Shown here: one piece after another, positions 59,908 to 64,000 of the stretch | Numbering within the stretch: position 1 is the first letter of the stretch | Layout: each line of letters starts with the position of its first letter | NCBI GenBank assembly: GCA_014237915.1 | Contig: JABACC010000013.1 | Span: 64,568-128,567, forward strand | Origin: Candidatus Paceibacter sp. | GTDB taxonomy: Bacteria; Patescibacteriota; Minisyncoccia; Phycocordibacterales; GCA-2747955 | Direction of reading: 5' to 3' | Length of the DNA: 64,000 bases | Position numbers and translations under genes: made by a program | The notes under the pieces: model-generated | Database searches by the model: none | The model's input: only the letters and a program-made list of their open reading frames with translations | Told to the model about the DNA's origin: nothing

Positions 59908-60156
59908 TTAAAAATCAAAATCAATTTTTCTTGTAATTTCTGTTAAATATTCTCTCAAATATGAATTAAAAGATTCACTAAAAAATATTGTTGTTTTTTC
60001 TTTTTTGTATAAAACAAATAAAGCTTCTGTTTGTTTTTTTATTTCTTTGTCTTTTGTTTTTTCCGTTACAAAAATAATAAGATCCATAAATTTATTTTCA
60101 GAAATAAATTTTGAATATTTTTGTTTTTCTTGTTTTGTTAATTTTATTGTTTTCAT
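59908..60156 (-). CDS. Hypothetical protein, 82 aa
   Basis: ORF directly downstream of the structured RNA; no motif recognised. Confidence 0.6.
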   Translation of the reverse strand: MKTIKLTKQEKQKYSKFISENKFMDLIIFVTEKTKDKEIKKQTEALFVLYKKEKTTIFFSESFNSYLREYLTEITRKIDFDF

Positions 60157-60199
60157 AAAAATTTTTTTAAAACTCTGAGCTTTAAAATTTTTTATAAAA

Positions 60200-60361
60200 A
60201 CAAAAAGCCCACCACCAGGGTATCCCGAAGGATATATAGAAGGTTTCCCCGCTATAACCAGAACAACTAGCCCACTGATGATGGGTTTTCTATGTTGTTC
60301 TGGTTTATTTGTTTCACCATACTAATTTTTTTTTTTGAAAAAAATCAGGTTAGGCTATTAC
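60200..60361 (-). ncRNA. Candidate pseudoknotted structured RNA
   Basis: TGCTAAAAT extended -10 (60368-60376); crossing stems, cUUCGg and gGAAAc tetraloop hairpins, U-tail. Confidence 0.7.
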
Positions 60362-60498
60362 TTCCCTATTTTAGCATAAAAAGAAGGTGATGAATGAATT
60401 TTAATTTATTGTTGATAAGTTTTTTATAAATTTAAATTTATTATGTTAATATTATTTATGAACCATTGTTGTATAAATTCAGAAAAAAGTTCCGGGCC

Positions 60499-61152
60499 TT
60501 AAGGGATATCCGGGCTTTTTTCTTTTTTCATTAAGCTTTTTTTAACAATTATAGATTTATAGTGTTCCGTTTTTATAAAACCTTTTTTTATGCCTTTCTG
60601 GAAAATATCTAAAACTTGTAAACAAGGGCAGTACCTAGAATCTATTTGTATTATTTTACTAAAATTTGGTAAATTATAATTACCGAGTAAATATTTTTCT
60701 AATCCATCTTTATAATCTTTTGAATCATTATATTTATCAAAAATTATTTCAATACTTCCAGAAAAATCTTTCAACTTTGAATATTTAACAATATATTCAA
60801 GACCTTGCCTTAAAATAAAATTTCTAAAATCATTATATTCCCTACTTTCTAAATAAGGCCCTCGATAATTTTCTTTTTCTATATTTAAATTGAAAAATAA
60901 TATCTTTTCATTATTCAATAGAAAATCCATGCAACTAAAAAAATTCTTAAAATTTGCGCCCCTAATTGCTTTCAACTCTTTCTTGTAATTATTGAATAAT
61001 TTAAATCCGCACACTAGTTTCTCTATCTCGTTAACTTCATCTTCGGCAATGAGTAAAAAATTAAGATTAAAATTATCCGAACTATTATTGGTTTTATATC
61101 CTGGGTCACCACTTTCATCGATAAATAAAAAAATTGTACTACTATCTAACAT
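60499..61152 (-). CDS. DUF3800 domain protein
   Basis: FLFIDESGDPG, ELK, IIFD, DSRYCPCLQVLD. Confidence 0.88.
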   Translation of the reverse strand: MLDSSTIFLFIDESGDPGYKTNNSSDNFNLNFLLIAEDEVNEIEKLVCGFKLFNNYKKELKAIRGANFKNFFSCMDFLLNNEKILFFNLNIEKENYRGPYLESREYNDFRNFILRQGLEYIVKYSKLKDFSGSIEIIFDKYNDSKDYKDGLEKYLLGNYNLPNFSKIIQIDSRYCPCLQVLDIFQKGIKKGFIKTEHYKSIIVKKSLMKKEKSPDIP

Positions 61153-61291
61153 ATTAATTTTTATAATGATCTCCTGATGGAGTTTAAGTTAACATTTAAC
61201 TTAACTTCTATTATTTGTATTTTAGCATAAAAAATACAGAGAAATAGCAGATTATCGAAACTAATTCACTTTTTATTTTTATAAAATTTTT

Positions 61292-61337
61292 AAATATTTT
61301 TTAGGCGGAAAAAGCGAAGCTTTTTCCGCCTAAAAAA
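61292..61337. repeat. Right island-boundary palindrome, 19-bp arms, C-GAA-G loop
   Basis: ttttttaggcggaaaaagc-GAA-gctttttccgcctaaaaaa. Confidence 0.95.
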
Positions 61338-61354
61338 CAAAATACTTTAAAATT

Positions 61355-62833
61355 TTAAAGAATTTTTTTGAAAATTTCTGTCAAAATTTGTGGGTTTGCA
61401 GAACCGCCTGTTTTTTTCATAGCTTGACCCATAAAAAATTTTAAAAGGTTTTCGTCTCCTGCTTTAAATTTTTGAACTTGGTCAGGAAATTGCGTAGCAA
61501 TTTCCTGTACAATTTTTTCAAGCTCACCTTCGTCTGAACTTTGAATTAAATTTTTATCTCCTGCAATTTTTTCAGCATCTCCAGATCTTTCAAAAAGCTC
61601 TATTAAAATATCTTTTGCTCCTCGAGAAGAAATTTTTCCCTCTAAAATCATTGAAATTATTTTTGTCATATTTTCTGCTGAAAAATTTTTCAGTTTTTCT
61701 AAAGAATTTTCTTTTTTCATAATCCCCGCAATATCTGAAGTTAAATAATTTGAAAGCAAAGAAAAAGCTTTTTTATTTTCAGAAAAATTTAAAGATGCTT
61801 TTTCAAAAATTTTGTCATATTCTGGGTTTTGTAAAAAAAACTCTACGTCTTCTGCTTTTAAAGAAAAACTATTAAAATACCTTTCTCTTTTTTCCAAAGG
61901 AAGTTCTGGTAAATTTTCTGAAATTTCTTTTTCTGAAAATTCGGAAATTTCAGAAAGTTTATATTTTGGAATATCTGGATCTGGAAAATATCTGTAATCT
62001 TCAGAATTTTCTTTTTTTCTTTGAGAAAAAGTTTTGGCTTTATTTTCGTCCCAACCTCTTGTTTCTTGATCAACTTTTTCTCCTTTTTCTAAAACTTCGA
62101 TTTGTCTTTGTATTTCATATTCAATTGCTGACTGAACGATTTTAAAAGAATTTAAATTTTTAACCTCTGTTTTTGTTCCAAAAAACTCTGGATTATTTTC
62201 TTTATTTTCGTGCTCTGAAATGGAAACATTTGCTTCGATTCTCATCTCCCCTTTTTCTAAATTTGCTCCAGAAACATCAAGAGTTCTTAAAAGCAGCTGT
62301 AACTCTTTTGCAAAAAAAGATGCGTGATCTGAATTTTTTATTTCTGGCTCTGTTACAAGCTCCATTAACGGAACTCCAGCTCTGTTAAAATCTACATAAG
62401 AATATTCTCCTTTGTGGGAAGACGACGCGGTGTCTTCTTCTAAATGAATTCTTGTAATTGGGGAATTTGCAAGATTTCCGCCTGAAATTAATGGATATTT
62501 GTATTGAGAAATTTGGTAAGCTTTTGGCATATCTGGATAAAAATAATTTTTTCTATCAAATTCCGAAAAATCTGCAATTTTTCCAGAAAGGGCTTTTCCG
62601 ACTTTCAAAACTTTTTTTACTGCTTCGTAATTTACATAAGGCAAAGCTCCCGGTTGAGCTGTGCAGATTTCACAAATATTTTCATTTGGCTTTGAATTGA
62701 AAGGATCGTTTTTACAAGAACAAAACATTTTAGAATTTGTTTTTAGTTCTGCGTGAATTTCAAGGCCGATTGTGGGCCAATATTTTTTTCCGCTTTTGCT
62801 TTGATAAGATTTTTTTAGAAAATTTTCTTCCAT
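61355..62833 (-). CDS. gatB: Asp/Glu-tRNA amidotransferase subunit B
   Basis: IGLEIHAEL, FDRKNYFYPD, DFNRAGVPLME, DYRYFPDPD. Confidence 0.98.
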   Translation of the reverse strand: MEENFLKKSYQSKSGKKYWPTIGLEIHAELKTNSKMFCSCKNDPFNSKPNENICEICTAQPGALPYVNYEAVKKVLKVGKALSGKIADFSEFDRKNYFYPDMPKAYQISQYKYPLISGGNLANSPITRIHLEEDTASSSHKGEYSYVDFNRAGVPLMELVTEPEIKNSDHASFFAKELQLLLRTLDVSGANLEKGEMRIEANVSISEHENKENNPEFFGTKTEVKNLNSFKIVQSAIEYEIQRQIEVLEKGEKVDQETRGWDENKAKTFSQRKKENSEDYRYFPDPDIPKYKLSEISEFSEKEISENLPELPLEKRERYFNSFSLKAEDVEFFLQNPEYDKIFEKASLNFSENKKAFSLLSNYLTSDIAGIMKKENSLEKLKNFSAENMTKIISMILEGKISSRGAKDILIELFERSGDAEKIAGDKNLIQSSDEGELEKIVQEIATQFPDQVQKFKAGDENLLKFFMGQAMKKTGGSANPQILTEIFKKIL

Positions 62834-62907
62834 AATTTTAATTTAAATAATTTTAACATTTTTTTAAAAAAATTTTTAGTTTAAACAAAAAATGTTAAAA
62901 TTTTTTT

Positions 62908-63360
62908 ATGAATATATATAAAAAAATAAAAGAAGATTTGGTTTCTGCAATGAAATCAAAAAACGAATCTGAGAAAAATGTTTTAAAATCTGTTTTATCT
63001 GGTTTTACAAACGAATTAGTAGCTTCTGGAAAAACCCCGCAAGAAAAAGTAGAAGATGATTTAGCTAAAAAAGTTTTAAAACGTGAGGCTAAAAAAAGAA
63101 AAGATGCTTTTGACCAATTTGAAAAAGGCGGGCGGGCTGATTTAGCCGAAATTGAAAAAATAGAGCTTGCGATTATTGAAAAATATTTACCAGAGCCAAT
63201 GTCTGAAGATCAAATAAAAAAAATAGCACAAGAGCTACAGCAAGAAATGGAGATTTTTGATTCTTCAAAATCTGGAATTTTAACTGGAGCTGTAATGAAA
63301 AAAACCGCGGGTGAAGCTTCAGGAGAAATTGTAAAAAAAATAGTTGAAGAACTTTTTTAA
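62908..63360 (+). CDS. GatB/YqeY domain protein
   Basis: IKEDLVSAMK, KKRKDA, GRADLAE, YLPEPMSE. Confidence 0.93.
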   Translation: MNIYKKIKEDLVSAMKSKNESEKNVLKSVLSGFTNELVASGKTPQEKVEDDLAKKVLKREAKKRKDAFDQFEKGGRADLAEIEKIELAIIEKYLPEPMSEDQIKKIAQELQQEMEIFDSSKSGILTGAVMKKTAGEASGEIVKKIVEELF

Positions 63361-63381
63361 TTTATTTTTAAAAAAAATAAA

Positions 63382-63414
63382 TTAATGGATTTTGCCTTCG
63401 GCAAAATCCATTAA
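63382..63414. repeat. Perfect palindrome, 15-bp arms, C-TTC-G loop
   Basis: ttaatggattttgcc-TTC-ggcaaaatccattaa. Confidence 0.93.
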
Positions 63415-63425
63415 AAAACAAAAAA

Positions 63426-64000
63426 ATGAACATACTCTTAAAACTAAAAGAAATAAAAAATTCAAGAAGCAACGATTTTTGGCTTTACGGGGTTTCTTCT
63501 TTTTTCCACGAGTTTTCAGGTTCGCTACTTTCAATTTTCCTTCCAATTTTTATGCTTCTTGCTGGTTTTTCCATTCAATCAATTGTAATTTATTTAATAA
63601 TCTATTATTTTTTAAGTTCTTTTTTAACGATTTTCATAAGAAAAATTGTTTTAAAAATTGGCTCTTTTTCTACATTAATAATTTCTAAAATATTATGGAT
63701 TATCTATTTTATAAATTTAGCTTTTTTAGATAGTGGAAGTTTTTTTCTACTCTGGAGCCTGGCAATTTTAGGAGCAGTTTACGACGCTTTTTATTATGTT
63801 CCAAGTGTTTATGCTCAAATTAAACAAACAAAAATATTAAACAACACTGCAAAAAACAATTCTTTTTTTTCAGCCCTCATGGTTATAGCTCAGGCTTTTG
63901 GCCCTATTTTATCTTCCATAATTTTGCTTTTAACAGAAAATAAAGTTTTAGTTTTAATTCCAATTATTATTTCAATAATAGTTTCAATTTTTTTTCTTTC
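63426..64000 (+). CDS. MFS transporter (runs off window)
   Basis: Open from ATG at 63426 to the end: ...GSLLSIFLPIFMLLAG...AQAFGPILSSIIL; multiple TM helices. Confidence 0.8.
   Translation, partial: MNILLKLKEIKNSRSNDFWLYGVSSFFHEFSGSLLSIFLPIFMLLAGFSIQSIVIYLIIYYFLSSFLTIFIRKIVLKIGSFSTLIISKILWIIYFINLAFLDSGSFFLLWSLAILGAVYDAFYYVPSVYAQIKQTKILNNTAKNNSFFSALMVIAQAFGPILSSIILLLTENKVLVLIPIIISIIVSIFFL

Noticed and set aside
60268-60321. 17-codon ORF MVKQINQNNIENPSSVG inside the structured RNA
   Set aside because: No SD or coding features; base pairing explains the sequence, although a leader peptide is not excluded.
2023-63414. Palindromes as merely rho-independent terminators, or as one MITE family
   Set aside because: Some probably do terminate, but copies in coding and divergent regions, strict triloops and lack of G-U drift do not fit; arms are not one sequence, and no target-site duplications were seen.
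63490-63510. Frameshift in the T-run of the MFS gene
   Set aside because: Recounting shows the frame is continuous from the ATG at 63426.
1427-63688. Many short antisense or overlapping ORFs in the track (e.g. 1427-1780, 18250-18570, 41242-41736, 45617-46216, 63392-63688)
   Set aside because: Shadow frames of well-supported genes, with F/K/S-biased composition and no motifs.
1-64000. CRISPR array or cas genes
   Set aside because: No regularly spaced direct repeats with unique spacers; the palindromes are dispersed and non-identical.
1-64000. Genetic code 25 or global TAA reassignment
   Set aside because: TGA ends rnr, prsW and the RelE-like gene, TAA ends most genes, and core genes are intact under code 11.

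Overview
Very AT-rich bacterial chromosome segment whose gene content and style fit Patescibacteria/CPR, Parcubacteria-like: reduced trigger factor and ValRS, acidic protein tails, fragmented operons, mostly leaderless genes, and genetic code 11 (TGA is used as stop). It carries about 60 mostly housekeeping genes, 4 tRNAs and small accessory islands: two orphans after tRNA-Gly, a type II R-M pair, a Shedu nuclease between two tRNAs, and a RelE/Panacea + DUF3800 island. The strongest unexplained signal is a dispersed family of 23 perfect or near-perfect palindromes with 9-36 bp arms, plus one 80-bp spacerless palindrome. Their arms differ in sequence, but all have a 3-nt loop reading purine-N-A on one strand (GAA, GGA, GCA, AAA, AGA), and 22 are closed by C:G, the signature of extra-stable DNA mini-hairpins. 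They sit between convergent, tandem and divergent genes, in frame inside bcp, parB and truB, and as a matched pair around the TA/DUF3800 island. Also notable are three unannotated structured RNA candidates (a pseudoknotted RNA in the DUF3800 island, a tandem-hairpin array RNA at 35.3 kb, and a hairpin chain upstream of trpS), three small ORFs missed by the track, and two accessory genes each broken by a single TAA. All calls were made by eye; no searches were run.
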